A stretch of 64,000 nucleotides of DNA from positions 1-64,000 of the forward strand of contig JBBRSP010000033.1 of the NCBI GenBank assembly GCA_038245295.1, written 5' to 3'. Below the pieces are notes generated by a model that was not told where the DNA came from, did no database searches, and saw only the letters and a list, made by a program, of their open reading frames with translations. Every line of letters begins with the position of its first letter. Position 1 is the stretch's first letter. A program made the position numbers and the translations under genes. This document shows positions 38,555 to 49,855 of this stretch, in pieces. This DNA comes from Candidatus Binatia bacterium. Lineage in GTDB: Bacteria; Desulfobacterota; Binatia; HRBIN30.

Positions 38555-39424
38555 CTATTTGCCGAAGGCGATTCGGAAGGCAGCTTCTATCCAGTCGGCA
38601 GCGGCGCGGATCGGGGCGGCCTTCTTGAGATCGCGGTGCATGACGATCCATGGGGTGCGTGGCGGGATCGGACTCGGGGGCGGGACGGCAATGAGCACCG
38701 ACTCGTGCTTGGCGAAAGCCTCGGGGAGCAGCGCGATGCCGGCGCCGGCAACAGCGGTCCGCAGAAGGGCGCGGGTGCTGCCGGTGCGCAAGCGTGCGGC
38801 AAGGCCAGCTTCTTCCATCCATCGGAGCTCCGGGATGCGGCCGTAACTTTCGTCGTCGAGTAACAAGCGCTCGTCGCGGACGGCGAGTGCGGCGGGATCA
38901 CGGCCCGCGAGATAGGAGCGGCTGGCGTAGAGGCCGAGACGGATGAGCGGCAGTCGACGGGCAACAAGACTGTCGCCCACCGGACGCACCATGCGTACGG
39001 CGAGATCCGCTTCGCGGGCAGCGAGGCTGACGATGTCGGCGCGTGTGCTCAATTCAACCCGCAGCTTCGGGGCGCGCTGCCACAGCAGGGGTAGTGCCGG
39101 GGCCAGAATATCGGCGACGACCATTTCCGTTGCTGTGATTCGCACTGGCTCGGTCGCTTCCCCCGAGCGCAAAGCCGCGGCGGCACGTTCGATCTTGGCG
39201 ACCTCCATACCAACACCTGCCGCCAGCGCGACGATCTGCTGTCCATGTGTCGTCAGGCGCACCCCGTCGCGACGCCGATCGGTGAGACGCAATTCGAGAT
39301 CGTGCTCCAGCGCGTCCAACCGCCGTGCGACCGTCGAGATCGACACGCCCAAGTCCTGCGCCGCGCCACTCAGGGAACCCGCTGCGGCGACGGTGATCAG
39401 ATATGACAGATCGGTCCACTGCAT
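38555..39424 (-). CDS. LysR-family transcriptional regulator
   Basis: WTDLSYL..AGSLSGAA..LGVSISTVARRL HTH; READLAVR. Confidence 0.93.
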   Translation of the reverse strand: MQWTDLSYLITVAAAGSLSGAAQDLGVSISTVARRLDALEHDLELRLTDRRRDGVRLTTHGQQIVALAAGVGMEVAKIERAAAALRSGEATEPVRITATEMVVADILAPALPLLWQRAPKLRVELSTRADIVSLAAREADLAVRMVRPVGDSLVARRLPLIRLGLYASRSYLAGRDPAALAVRDERLLLDDESYGRIPELRWMEEAGLAARLRTGSTRALLRTAVAGAGIALLPEAFAKHESVLIAVPPPSPIPPRTPWIVMHRDLKKAAPIRAAADWIEAAFRIAFGK

Positions 39425-39550
39425 CGGTGATGCTTGTATGCCGCGCGTGCCGCAAAAGGAAAGCTGGTTCCCGCGATTTGCAGTGTTGCCAGGCGCGGCG
39501 TCTCCATAGGCTCACGCAACAAGAGAGCGGTGCCAGACAAGGAGGTGCGT

Positions 39551-40588
39551 ATGACTACGAACAACAGCCGTGTGATGCGGCAGCTCAACCGTCCAGAGCC
39601 GGGTCGGCTGGTGTGGAGCGAAGTACCGCGACCATCACTGCCTGGGCCGCGGGCGGCTTTGGTCCGGCCGGTCGCTGTGACCTTGTGCGATATCGACCGG
39701 CTCATGGTCAGTGGCCACTTCCCTGTGCCACGCGAGATTGGACTGGGGCATGAGTTCGTGGCCGAGGTTCTCGAAGCCGGCGACGCGGTGCGAACGATCG
39801 CGGTTGGCGATCGTGTTGTCGTGCCGTTTCAGATTTCGTGTGGTGAATGTGATCGTTGCACGCGCGGCTTGACGGCGCATTGTCGTGCGGTGCCGCCGCG
39901 ATCGCAGTACGGCTTTGGCCCGATGGGTGGCGACGTCGGTGCAGCATTCTCCGATTGCGTCATGGTGCCGTTTGCCGACGGCATGTTGATGCCCCTGCCC
40001 GTCGGCGTAGCACCCGAGGCGGCGGCCTGTGCCAGCGACAATCTCGGCGACGGCTGGCGTGCCGTCGCACCGGCGCTGCGTGATCTGCCCGGTGCGGAGG
40101 TGCTGATCCTCGGCGGCATCGGCAGCGTGCCGCTGTTTGCCGTCGATGTGGCGCGCGCCTGCGGTGCCGGTCGCGTCGACTATCTCGATACGGATCGGCG
40201 CCGTCTCGAGATTGCCGAGAAGCTCGGGGCCCGGGTACTCGAAGGTCCGCCGCCCGACTCGGTCGGCCAATACGACCTCACCGTCGACGGCACACTCTTC
40301 GACCCGAATGGCTTGGCTTGTGCGTTACGCTCGTTGCGGCCGCACGGGATGTGTGTCGGTGTGACCATCTACCTGCAAGATCCACACATCCCGTATTTTC
40401 AGATGTACAGTCGCGGCGCGCGTTTGGAGACCGGTCGCGTCAACGCCCGGGCGGCGATGCCGGCGGTGCTTGATTTGTTGCAGGCCGGCCGCATCACGCC
40501 GCAGCTCGTGAGTGAAGCGGTGCTGCCGTTCGACAGTGCCTTCGAAGCTCTCATGGAGCCGACACTGAAGCCGGTGTTCGTTCGTTGA
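39551..40588 (+). CDS. Zinc-dependent alcohol dehydrogenase
   Basis: GHEFV, CGECDRC..C; AAGGAGG RBS; divergent from LysR. Confidence 0.92.
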   Translation: MTTNNSRVMRQLNRPEPGRLVWSEVPRPSLPGPRAALVRPVAVTLCDIDRLMVSGHFPVPREIGLGHEFVAEVLEAGDAVRTIAVGDRVVVPFQISCGECDRCTRGLTAHCRAVPPRSQYGFGPMGGDVGAAFSDCVMVPFADGMLMPLPVGVAPEAAACASDNLGDGWRAVAPALRDLPGAEVLILGGIGSVPLFAVDVARACGAGRVDYLDTDRRRLEIAEKLGARVLEGPPPDSVGQYDLTVDGTLFDPNGLACALRSLRPHGMCVGVTIYLQDPHIPYFQMYSRGARLETGRVNARAAMPAVLDLLQAGRITPQLVSEAVLPFDSAFEALMEPTLKPVFVR

Positions 40589-40615
40589 TCAGACGCGAGT
40601 CGCCGAGCGCGCCGA

Positions 40616-40825
40616 TCAGCGGCGTACGAAACAACGCGGGCGAAATTTCTGCACCAACTGTTCGGCGCGGGCGCGCGACTCGTCATCGAGGATTTCATCG
40701 GCTTGCCAACAGCGCAGCAGCGCAAGCACTTCCTGGCGGCGTTCACCGCTGCGCGCCCGCTGTAGCACCGCCTCCATGGCGGCGACCGGGCGACGCATGT
40801 CGATCTTCTTCTGTGTTTCCATCAT
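40616..40825 (-). CDS. Small hypothetical protein (69 aa)
   Basis: Fills the gap between two genes; helical composition; no motif recognised. Confidence 0.45.
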   Translation of the reverse strand: MMETQKKIDMRRPVAAMEAVLQRARSGERRQEVLALLRCWQADEILDDESRARAEQLVQKFRPRCFVRR

Positions 40826-41085
40826 GAGAAGGCCACTTACCGTGGCGAAGTTACGTCGAGGTTACAGAACGATGAAGGTCGATAACCAGAGCTGCGTTTC
40901 GATTCGGTTGTAGGGCAAAGCCCGTGTCGAAAGTGGCGAGTCGAACCGGGGCGAAAGGTCGGACCGAATACCATCCGTGTATCCCGGCCATTGGGCCGCA
41001 TGCTTACCGATCATTCCCCGGCCCGTGCCCTGCCTGACAATTGGAACGCAGGCGAGGGCACGGGCGGGGGCGAAGGCTGGGCTGA

Positions 41086-43413
41086 CTACGGAACGACGTG
41101 GAAATTTCCCAGCAGGATGTACATCTCATCTTCGGTCGTCACACCGCCGCGCAGGGTGCAGGCGTCGCAGTCGCCGTCGCCGGCACCAACGCTCGAGTCG
41201 CAGGCGGCGTTGCTGCCGTTGCAGAGCTGGTTGTGATGTGGACCGCCGATGCAGCGTGTTTCGCTCACCGGACACGGGCCACCCGGGGCAATCGCCATCG
41301 GCGGCGCCGGGGAGGTCGAGAAACGCTTCACGGTCGACGGATCTGTGGCGCCGTTGTCGTACAAGGCGCAGAACTTGTAAGTACGGTTGGTGCTGTCGGC
41401 ACCGGTCAAGCTCAGCGGCGGGTTGTACTTCAAGCGCACTGGATCGTTGTACTGCGTGCTGATGTAGATCGGCGGACCGGCATTTGGCAGGCACCCCCCG
41501 GCCGCTGTGCAGGTCGCATTGGGCGGCCCCCAGATGCGGAACAACTTGCCGCGCTTATGGGTATGTGAGGTGAGCTCAGAAACCTGAGCATTCACCGGGA
41601 ACTTGTAGGTGCGACAATACTCGCGCGTCGAGAACGGCGGGACGTTCTCTACGAAGATCTCGGTGCTGTCGAAGACCGCTTGCACCGGATAGTTCTGATC
41701 CGTCGGGCCGGCGAAGAGCAGGTTGTAATACTGTTCCATGGTCGTATCGACGCCGGTCAGGTTGAAGGCGTGCGAGTTCCATACGACGATGCCCTTGAGC
41801 GGTAAAGTGTTGTAGACGCCGTCGGGGTAGGTGGTGCTCGACAGGGGTTCCTGTGACCCGCCGAATGTCGGCGCGACGTTATTGGCGAAGCCATAGTCGG
41901 GGGGGCCGTAGAAGATGCAGGCGACACTCGAACGGATCTCGCCCGTACAGCCACTACGCGGCCCGCAGTTGCCACCGGCCGGTGGTGCCACGGTTGGCTT
42001 GGTGGGATCGCAGGTCATGCCGTCGTTCGGGCCACCTTTGCACGACCAATAGCCCCAACCACCATCGGTCCAGTCGTAGGCCCCACGATACATGTGGATG
42101 ATACTGTGATGCGATTGCGGGTCCTGTGCCAACGTCGACGAGTGATAGCGGAAACACTGTTGCGCGGCGCCGCCGAGATAGTCCGGGCAAGGCGTGAGAG
42201 CGCTGGCCGGCACCTTGCCGGTGAGGTCGATGTAGGTGGAGTAGCACACCTCGTCTTCGCTCTGCGCCGGCAGGGGCCAGGGCGGCGCGTAGAGTTGCAC
42301 GCCGGCGCTGCTGGCCGGTGCGGCGGGGGGCGGAATCTTTTGCGGCCCCGCCGGCGGCAGGCAGCTTGCCAACAGCGGTGCCGTGCCTTCCACGACGCCG
42401 CCGACGGGCGCGCCGGCGCGAATCCACAGACGCAACGCGGCAAGCGAATCGGCGCTGATGGGTGGGTTGCCGCCTGCCGGCATCGGCGAGCCGGCGATAC
42501 TTGGGCCGTTCGGCGCCAACGTCGCCGCTGCCAACTTGTTGTACAGGAAGCTCAAATCCTGATCGCCCGGTTCGATACGATCGAGTGTGCTGATGCTCGA
42601 GGCGCGGTTGACCAGATCCGCATAGGCGCTGGCGGGCCGCAGATCCAAGCCGCCGGCCGGCGCGTCGCTACCGTGGCAGATGGCATTGGTGCAACCGCCA
42701 TCTTGCAAGATCACCTTCTGGAGTGCTTCCCAGGTCGAGTCGTAAACGGTCCCGGCACAGCTCCCGACCGTGCAGCTCGTCGTGCAACCATCATTGTTAT
42801 TGAGGTTCCCGTCGTCGCACGCTTCGCCCGCTTCGACGATCCCGTTGCCGCACATGATCGGGCATGAGGTTGGCGCGGCCGCTTTCTTGGCGCGCACCAG
42901 ACCGGATTGATTCTTGGTGTACTGGCCGCCGAACTGAGAGCAGAACCATTCGTTTTCGACGCGGAAGAAGAACCACACCGAGTCCTGCGCGCTGCTCGGC
43001 GCCCAGCTCCAATTTGGTCCGCCGCCGATCACCTTGAGCAGGCCGCCGCCGCTGGCGGTCTTGAAGGTCACCGACTTGATGCCGCCGCGTAAGCCCAGAC
43101 GATCCGTATATTTGTAACTCGTGTATATGCCGCTGCGTCGTTTCCACAACGCGGGGTCCAGCGTAATGAGCTCACTCTTGCCGTCACCGCCGACAACCAG
43201 GACCTGCGTCGTTACCGTGGAAGGGTCATGCGACGGAACGATCGTAATTTGCTTCTCGGACACGAAGCTGAAGCTACGGCGTGCCGAGACTCCATCGTTG
43301 CGCACCACCAAGGCCTTGCCGGCCATGGGGAACTTCTGCGAGTGCGCGTCCGCGCTTCCAGCCGCGAGCAGCGTCACGAGCGTCAACACGGCGCCGATGT
43401 AGAGTCTCTTCAT
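41086..43413 (-). CDS. Secreted protein: beta domain + Myxococcus-type Cys-rich repeat + cytochrome c-like domain + copper type II monooxygenase-like domain
   Basis: Signal peptide; CGNGIVEAGEACDDGN; CTNAICH..SPMP..WIRAGA; SHHSII, SHTHKRG, EDEMYIL. Confidence 0.75.
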   Translation of the reverse strand: MKRLYIGAVLTLVTLLAAGSADAHSQKFPMAGKALVVRNDGVSARRSFSFVSEKQITIVPSHDPSTVTTQVLVVGGDGKSELITLDPALWKRRSGIYTSYKYTDRLGLRGGIKSVTFKTASGGGLLKVIGGGPNWSWAPSSAQDSVWFFFRVENEWFCSQFGGQYTKNQSGLVRAKKAAAPTSCPIMCGNGIVEAGEACDDGNLNNNDGCTTSCTVGSCAGTVYDSTWEALQKVILQDGGCTNAICHGSDAPAGGLDLRPASAYADLVNRASSISTLDRIEPGDQDLSFLYNKLAAATLAPNGPSIAGSPMPAGGNPPISADSLAALRLWIRAGAPVGGVVEGTAPLLASCLPPAGPQKIPPPAAPASSAGVQLYAPPWPLPAQSEDEVCYSTYIDLTGKVPASALTPCPDYLGGAAQQCFRYHSSTLAQDPQSHHSIIHMYRGAYDWTDGGWGYWSCKGGPNDGMTCDPTKPTVAPPAGGNCGPRSGCTGEIRSSVACIFYGPPDYGFANNVAPTFGGSQEPLSSTTYPDGVYNTLPLKGIVVWNSHAFNLTGVDTTMEQYYNLLFAGPTDQNYPVQAVFDSTEIFVENVPPFSTREYCRTYKFPVNAQVSELTSHTHKRGKLFRIWGPPNATCTAAGGCLPNAGPPIYISTQYNDPVRLKYNPPLSLTGADSTNRTYKFCALYDNGATDPSTVKRFSTSPAPPMAIAPGGPCPVSETRCIGGPHHNQLCNGSNAACDSSVGAGDGDCDACTLRGGVTTEDEMYILLGNFHVVP

Positions 43414-43535
43414 TCGGATTGATCCCTCGCGGCAACGTTACTTCATCAGCGGGACCTTTGGAAACCCGAGAACGCCGTCGGGCGGAAATCGTGCTTTAGC
43501 GGCGCCTAGGCTGCCTCATCCGTCAAGGTCGCCAA

Positions 43536-44309
43536 CTATTTGCCCGTCCACTGCGGTGCGCGCTTTTCGATAAACGCACACATGCCTTCCTGGGCGTCCG
43601 CCGCAAGGGCGTTCATGCTCATGACTTCCTTGGCATAGGCGTACGCCTTTGGCTGATCGAGATCGATCTGCGTATAGAATGCCTGCTTGCCGATCTGCAG
43701 GGTCAACGGGCTGGCTTTTACGATGTGCTCGGCGAGGACGCGAACGGCATCATCGAGCTCGCTCGCCAGCACGGCGCGATTGATCAGACCCCAGTCGGCG
43801 GCGGTGGGCGCGTCGATCATCGTGCCGGTGAGCAGCATTTCCATGGCTCGCTTGCGCCCGATGGCGCGGCTCAACGCCACCATAGGCGTGGTGCAGAAGA
43901 GGCCGATGTTGACGCCCGGCGTGGCGAACTTGGAATCCTGTGACGCGATGGCGAGATCGCAAGTGGCGACCAGTTGGCATCCTGCGGCCGTCGCGATGCC
44001 ATGCACCTTGGCGATTACCGGCGGGCGGATCGTCTGGATCGTCTCCATCAGTTGCGTGCAGACATCGAAGATCTCGCGATAGTCGGTCAGGCTGCGGCCG
44101 CTCATCTCCTTCAAGTCGTGCCCGGCAGAGAAAGCCGGACCACTGCCCGCGAGTACGATGACACGCGTTGTCGCGTCGGCGGCAAGCTGACGCATGGCAT
44201 CGATGAGCTCGCGCATCGTCGCCAGAGACAGCGGGTTGCGCCGTTCGGGACGATTGAGGGTGATGGTCGCAATGGCGCCGCGATCGATGCGGATGTTTTG
44301 GAAGTCCAT
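43536..44309 (-). CDS. Enoyl-CoA hydratase family
   Basis: AFSAGHDLKE, ATAAGCQLVATCDL, TPGVNIGLFCTTP. Confidence 0.93.
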   Translation of the reverse strand: MDFQNIRIDRGAIATITLNRPERRNPLSLATMRELIDAMRQLAADATTRVIVLAGSGPAFSAGHDLKEMSGRSLTDYREIFDVCTQLMETIQTIRPPVIAKVHGIATAAGCQLVATCDLAIASQDSKFATPGVNIGLFCTTPMVALSRAIGRKRAMEMLLTGTMIDAPTAADWGLINRAVLASELDDAVRVLAEHIVKASPLTLQIGKQAFYTQIDLDQPKAYAYAKEVMSMNALAADAQEGMCAFIEKRAPQWTGK

Positions 44310-44350
44310 GGCTGGCGATTGTCGCTCCGACGGGAGGTATTTGCCAACCC

Positions 44351-44466
44351 CCCTCGCCCGTGCCCGCGCCCGTGTCCCCGCCCGCGTTCGCCGGAATCGA
44401 AACTACGGAAACGTTGGAACTGAGCACGGGCACGGGCACGGGCGAGGGCGCGGGCGCGGGCGCGGG
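44351..44466. repeat. Inverted hexamer tandem arrays (CCCGTG)n ... (CACGGG/CGCGGG)n; shorter relative at ~41015-41075
   Basis: Directly visible. Confidence 0.75.
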
Positions 44467-44525
44467 ATGAGGGCTTCCGCCGCCCGAATTGGTGGCTTAG
44501 GATGCGGCGTTCAGAGGAGGACACG

Positions 44526-45545
44526 ATGCAAGTCGGCATGATCGGGTTGGGGCGCATGGGCGCCAACATGGTGCGCCGCTTCCTACGCGGCGGCCACACG
44601 TGTGTGGTGTACGACGTCTCCCCCGATTCGGTACAGGGGCTGGCCAAGGAAGGTGCGAGCGGTGCCATCTCTACCGCCGACTTCGTGTCGCAGCTCGCCA
44701 AGCCACGCGTCGTCTGGCTGATGGTGCCGGCGGCCGTTGTCGACTCGGCGCTGGAAGATCTTCTGCCGCATCTCGAGCCGGGCGACATCGTCATCGATGG
44801 CGGCAACTCGTATTATCGCGATGACGTCGATCGAGCCGCCAAGCTGGCCGAGCGTGGATTGCACCACGTCGATTGCGGCACCAGCGGCGGCGTCTTTGGT
44901 CTCGAGCGCGGCTACTGCCTGATGATCGGCGGTGAAACCGACGTCGTACGTCATCTTGATCCGTTGTTTGCGACACTCGCCCCAGGGGCGGGCTCGTTGG
45001 AACGCACGCCTGGTCGCGACAAGCTCGGGGGCACGGCTGAGCAAGGGTACCTACATTGCGGTCCCAATGGCGCCGGCCATTTCGTGAAGATGGTGCACAA
45101 CGGGATCGAGTACGGCTTGATGGCCGCCTATGCCGAAGGCCTCAACATCTTGCGCCACGCCAACATCGGCAAACGCACACATGCCGCCGACGCCGAGACG
45201 ACGCCGTTACGCACGCCGCAGTATTACCAGTACGACTTGAACCTGGCCGACATCACCGAGGTGTGGCGCCGCGGCAGTGTGGTGTCTTCGTGGTTGCTCG
45301 ATCTTACCGCCAGCGCGCTCGCCGCGGATCCGCAGCTCGAGCGCTTCGGTGGCCGCGTGTCGGACTCCGGCGAAGGGCGCTGGACCCTCGAGGCTGCCAT
45401 CGATGAGGCAGTGCCGGCCCATGTTCTGGCTGCCGCGTTGTTCGAGCGCTTCAGCTCGCGCGGCGAAGCCGACTTTCAGGATCGCGTCTTGTCCGCTCTG
45501 CGTTTCGAATTCGGCGGGCACGTCGAGAAAGCAAAAGACAAATGA
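44526..45545 (+). CDS. gnd: 6-phosphogluconate dehydrogenase (decarboxylating, short type)
   Basis: [32 protein letters not shown]. Confidence 0.95.
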   Translation: MQVGMIGLGRMGANMVRRFLRGGHTCVVYDVSPDSVQGLAKEGASGAISTADFVSQLAKPRVVWLMVPAAVVDSALEDLLPHLEPGDIVIDGGNSYYRDDVDRAAKLAERGLHHVDCGTSGGVFGLERGYCLMIGGETDVVRHLDPLFATLAPGAGSLERTPGRDKLGGTAEQGYLHCGPNGAGHFVKMVHNGIEYGLMAAYAEGLNILRHANIGKRTHAADAETTPLRTPQYYQYDLNLADITEVWRRGSVVSSWLLDLTASALAADPQLERFGGRVSDSGEGRWTLEAAIDEAVPAHVLAAALFERFSSRGEADFQDRVLSALRFEFGGHVEKAKDK

Positions 45546-46912
45546 GCCTCCCCCGTTCCGACGCCCTGGCGTTTTTCGGCGCCACCGGCGACCTGGCTTA
45601 CAAGAAGATTTTCCCGGCCCTGCATGCGATGGCGCGCCGAGGCCATCTGGACTTTCCCGTCATCGGCGTATCGCGTGGCGGCTGGAGCTTGGATCGCCTG
45701 AAGCAGCGCGCCTATGACAGCATCAGCGAGCACGGTGGCGGTATCGACGAGGCAGCCTTCAAACAGTTGTCGGAGCAGTTGCGCTTCGTCGGCGGCGACT
45801 ACGAAGACCCCAACACGTACACGGCATTGTGCGAAGCGCTGGGTGGGGCGCAGCAGCCGGCGTATTACCTGGCGATTCCGCCGAGTGCGTTCGGCAATGT
45901 CGTGCAGGGGCTCGGGCACTCCGGTTGTGCCAAGAACGCCCGCGTCATCCTGGAGAAGCCGTTCGGTCGCGATCTGTCGTCGGCGCAAGAGCTCAACCGC
46001 ACCCTGCACACGATCTTCGACGAGTCGGCCGTCTTCCGCATCGACCACTATCTCGGCAAGGAGCCGGTGCAGAACCTGCTGGTCTTCCGCTTCGCCAACA
46101 CCTTCCTGGAGCCGATCTGGAACCGGCGCTACGTCGAGAGTGTACAGATCACCATGGCCGAGAGTTTCGGCGTGCAGGGCCGTGGCCGCTTTTACGAGGA
46201 AGCCGGCGCGGTGCGCGATGTCATCCAGAATCATCTCCTACAAGTCATCGGTTACCTGGCGATGGAGCCGCCGATCGGCACGTACCAGGAGTCGATTCGC
46301 GACGAGCAGGTAAAACTGTTCCGCGCCATCCGCCCGTTGCAACCGCAGGATGTCGTGCGCGGGCAGTTCCGCGGCTACCGCCAGGAAGAGGGCGTCGCCC
46401 CCGATTCGAATGTCGAGACCTTCACCGCGGCGCGTCTCTACATTGATTCGTGGCGCTGGGAGGGTGTGCCGTTCTTCCTGCGTGCCGGCAAATGCCTGCC
46501 GATGACCACCACCGAAGTGCTTGTGACACTCAAGCGTTCGCCGCTGCGCAAGCTGGCCGGCGAGGAAGCCAACTACTTTCGTTTCCGCTTGAGCCCGGAT
46601 GTCACCATCGCCGTCGGCGCACGCATTAAGAAAGTCGGCGAGCAGATGATTTCCGAGCCGACCGAGCTGAAGCTGGTGCATCATGCCGATGGCGAAGAGA
46701 TGGATGCGTACGAGCGCCTGCTTGGCGATGCCATGCACGGCGACTCGACCTTGTTTGCGCGGCAAGACGGCGTCGAAGCGGCGTGGGCCATCGTCGAACC
46801 GATTCTCGGCAACGTCGCACCGCTGCACGAGTACGAACCGGGGACGTGGGGACCACCGGACGCGGCACGCTTGCCGGGCGATGTCGGCGGATGGCACACT
46901 CCGCTAGCGTGA
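45542..46912 (+). CDS. zwf: Glucose-6-phosphate dehydrogenase
   Basis: [21 protein letters not shown]. Confidence 0.97.
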   Translation: MSLPRSDALAFFGATGDLAYKKIFPALHAMARRGHLDFPVIGVSRGGWSLDRLKQRAYDSISEHGGGIDEAAFKQLSEQLRFVGGDYEDPNTYTALCEALGGAQQPAYYLAIPPSAFGNVVQGLGHSGCAKNARVILEKPFGRDLSSAQELNRTLHTIFDESAVFRIDHYLGKEPVQNLLVFRFANTFLEPIWNRRYVESVQITMAESFGVQGRGRFYEEAGAVRDVIQNHLLQVIGYLAMEPPIGTYQESIRDEQVKLFRAIRPLQPQDVVRGQFRGYRQEEGVAPDSNVETFTAARLYIDSWRWEGVPFFLRAGKCLPMTTTEVLVTLKRSPLRKLAGEEANYFRFRLSPDVTIAVGARIKKVGEQMISEPTELKLVHHADGEEMDAYERLLGDAMHGDSTLFARQDGVEAAWAIVEPILGNVAPLHEYEPGTWGPPDAARLPGDVGGWHTPLA

Positions 46913-47691
46913 TGCCCATGGGGGAAAACGCTAGCTCGCAGATCAAGATTCTGGCCGACACGCAGGCTCTCGTCGAAGCGGCCGCCGAGTATTTCGTGAC
47001 GGTGGCGGCGCAGGCAACCGCTGCCACCGGCCGCTGCGTGATTGCGTTGTCGGGTGGCTCCACACCCAAGAGCCTGTATGCGCTGCTGGCGACGCCGACC
47101 TGGGCGAAGCGTGTCGACTGGTCACGCCTGCACCTGTGTTGGGGCGACGAGCGTTGTGTGCCGCCGGAGGACGCCGCCAGCAACTATCACATGACACGCG
47201 AGGCACTGTTGGACCACGTGCCGGTGCCGTCGCAGAACATCCATCGAATCCACGGGGAGATCGAACCCGTCGCCGCGGCGTCGATGTACGAGAGCGAGTT
47301 GCGCGGGCTGTTCGGTACACCGGAGGGCCCGCCTTTACTGAAACCCGATACGCGCTTCGATCTAGTCCTCCTCGGTATGGGCGCCAACGGTCACACGGCG
47401 TCGCTATTCCCCGGTCTCGCGGCGGTGCAAGAGACCGGGCGATGGGTGATGGCCGAATACGTCGCCGAGGTGTCGATGTGGCGTGTTACGCTGACACCGC
47501 CCGTGCTCAACGCGGCGGCCGATGTGATCTTCCTCGTTTCCGGTGCCGATAAGGCATCGATGCTGGCGCGTGTTGTCGCCGCTCCGCGGCAACCGGATGT
47601 GTTGCCGGCGCAAGCGATCGCTCCCGCTGCGGGGACGCTCCGGTGGCTTGTCGACACAACCGCGGCGGCTGATTTGACGAGTGAAGAGTGA
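46909..47691 (+). CDS. pgl: 6-phosphogluconolactonase
   Basis: [30 protein letters not shown]; start within 46909-46918. Confidence 0.95.
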   Translation: MMPMGENASSQIKILADTQALVEAAAEYFVTVAAQATAATGRCVIALSGGSTPKSLYALLATPTWAKRVDWSRLHLCWGDERCVPPEDAASNYHMTREALLDHVPVPSQNIHRIHGEIEPVAAASMYESELRGLFGTPEGPPLLKPDTRFDLVLLGMGANGHTASLFPGLAAVQETGRWVMAEYVAEVSMWRVTLTPPVLNAAADVIFLVSGADKASMLARVVAAPRQPDVLPAQAIAPAAGTLRWLVDTTAAADLTSEE

Positions 47692-47859
47692 AGTTACCCC
47701 TGAGGATTACTTCATGAAGATCCACGAGCATTTCGACTAGCGTCGCGTTCGTATCAGTCTCAATGCGACGCGCACCAGGGGCACGCCAGACTGCCGCCCA
47801 CGTAAGGTTTTGTTGACAGTGGTAGGCCGTCGACCGTAACTGGGGCGAGAAGGGGAAAA

Positions 47860-48720
47860 ATGCACCGGCCTCTGCTGCAGATATTCGTCGTGCTGTTGAT
47901 AGGCGCTGCGTGGGTGGCGCCCGCCTGGGCTAGTGGGACGATCAACGGGACAGTCACGTTGCTTGGCGCGGTTGGCTCACCACCGGTGGACCGCGCGCGC
48001 TTGCGCCTCTTGTACGGAAGAACTGTGCGCGGGCGCACCCAGACCGATGCGAACGGAACCTATTCGTTTGATCCCGTTGCCCCCGGCACCTACCGGATTG
48101 AGTTTTGGAAAGCCGGGTTTCTGAAGGTTGTCCAATCGGACGTAATCGTCACCGACGCCGTCACGACGGTGAATGCGGCACTGCCGGCCCACCTGCGACT
48201 GATGAGCGTGTGTTCGATGACGCCGAGCGCAACACGGCGCTGGCGCGTGCGCAACCGGCTCGACCTGCCGATCCGTTTCCAGTGGAAGATCGACAGCGGC
48301 CAACGCGGCACGGCGGTGGCTCCACCATCCTCATCCAAGGCCTTCAGCTTCTTCGAAGCGCCGACGGTGGCGAACCAGAACGTCGCTTCGGTTTACGTCG
48401 ATGTGATCTCCGTCAATCACCGTCGCAACGTCGGCCGACGCTGTGGCCGGAGCGCCGCCTCCGTCGCGGTGAGCGTGACGGACGCAAACGGCCCCATCGC
48501 CGATGCGATCGTCACCATCACCGATGACGCAAGCGCTGACAATCGCAACGGGGTGACGGAGGCCGACGGCACGGTGGAGTTCTCCCAGCTGCCGACGAGT
48601 GAACCAATCACCGTTTCCGTCGCGTCGACATCCAGGACTGCCGCCGTGCGCATTCCAAGTCTCATCGACGGCGCCAACTTCGTTCCGGTGACTCTGCCCG
48701 CAGCGTCGATCGTTCCGTAG
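47860..48720 (+). CDS. Secreted protein with carboxypeptidase-regulatory-like domains
   Basis: Signal peptide; TDANGTYSF..VAPGTYRI; TEADGTVEF..LP. Confidence 0.7.
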   Translation: MHRPLLQIFVVLLIGAAWVAPAWASGTINGTVTLLGAVGSPPVDRARLRLLYGRTVRGRTQTDANGTYSFDPVAPGTYRIEFWKAGFLKVVQSDVIVTDAVTTVNAALPAHLRLMSVCSMTPSATRRWRVRNRLDLPIRFQWKIDSGQRGTAVAPPSSSKAFSFFEAPTVANQNVASVYVDVISVNHRRNVGRRCGRSAASVAVSVTDANGPIADAIVTITDDASADNRNGVTEADGTVEFSQLPTSEPITVSVASTSRTAAVRIPSLIDGANFVPVTLPAASIVP

Positions 48721-48839
48721 TTGACTGCAACTCGGCCGCGCCGGCTGTTTTCAAACTTCGACGATTGCGCTGCGCCGGTTTCCCATGCAATGCGCCGGGG
48801 GAGACCGTCAGTTGTTACGCCCTAAGAAGGAGAGCTCCT

Positions 48840-49349
48840 ATGAGTACGTTCGCCACCATCTCGCAATTTTCCCGAATGCTGAAGAACCTCGACCAATGGC
48901 TCCAGACAGCCACCGCGTACGCGCAAAAGAAGGGGTTTGAGCCCGATGTGCTGGCGCAAGCCCGCCTCGCTCCTGACCAATACGCGCTGGCGCAGCAGAT
49001 TCAGTCGGCGTGTGATTCCGCCAAGTTTGCCGCGGCCTATCTCTCAGGACAGAAGGCACCGTCGCATCCAGATACGGAGAAGACGATCGCCGAGCTGCAG
49101 GCCCGGGCGCAGACGGTCGTGAAGTACCTTGATGGCTTCAAGGAGTCCGACTTTGCCGGCGCTGAAGAGCGCTCGGTGTCGCCGGCGTGGATGCAGGGCC
49201 ACTCCGTGCGCGGCGATGTCTACATCAATCGTATCGCCGTGCCGAATTTCTACTTTCACGTCACGACCGCCTACGCGATTCTGCGCCACAACGGCGTCGA
49301 GGTGGGCAAGCGGGACTTCATCGGTGTGCAGAGCTGGACTGAGTTTTAA
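48840..49349 (+). CDS. DUF1993 family protein
   Basis: RLAPDQ, PNFYFHVTTAYAILRHNGVEVGKRDF. Confidence 0.93.
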   Translation: MSTFATISQFSRMLKNLDQWLQTATAYAQKKGFEPDVLAQARLAPDQYALAQQIQSACDSAKFAAAYLSGQKAPSHPDTEKTIAELQARAQTVVKYLDGFKESDFAGAEERSVSPAWMQGHSVRGDVYINRIAVPNFYFHVTTAYAILRHNGVEVGKRDFIGVQSWTEF

Positions 49350-49596
49350 GGCAACGCCGGAGCGTTGCGCCGCGATATAAAGGGGGGGTCTCAAAACTGG
49401 CTAGGCCGGCTTCGAGAGGCTCAGCCTGAGCGGGTGCTCGGTTGATTTCTTAGACATTTGTTCCGCTCGCCCTGAACTACTATCGCCGAAAGTCTTTGCC
49501 TAGGGACGCACTAGCTGCAGCTCCCAAACTAACAGGAATTGCCACCACGAAGTGATCATGCCCGGCAGTCGTCCAAGGGGGCGGAAAGGCAAGCGC

Positions 49597-49740
49597 TCCC
49601 TCTCCCACTTCCAGCGAAATCTTAGAAGGTGGGAGAGGGTCGGGGTGAGGGCCCGCGGATGTCATCTGGATTTGCCCATAAGCCCTCACCCCGGCCCTCT
49701 CCCAGCTGTCGCAACTCCGCTCGAGCTGGGTGAGGGAGTG
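49597..49740. repeat. CCCTCTCCC / GGGAGAGGG-GGGGTGAGGG palindromic repeat pair (same family at 34347-34394 and 34657-34707)
   Basis: GGGAGAGGGTCGGGGTGAGGG and CCCTCACCCCGGCCCTCTCCC arms. Confidence 0.8.
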
Positions 49741-49855
49741 TTGTCTGCCGCAGTATCCAGTGCCCTTCTTGGCTTTGCGGGCGAAGCCCACGCTATGCGC
49801 GCCGAAGGGCGAGCCCAAGTTGTGAGACACCTTCTTCAGCCTGCGCCTCGCACTC

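Noticed and set aside
40911..41000. GGGCAAA...CGAAAG...GGCGAAAG resembling a c-di-GMP-I riboswitch
   Set aside because: P2 stem and GACGCAAAG junction do not form convincingly, and no + strand gene follows.
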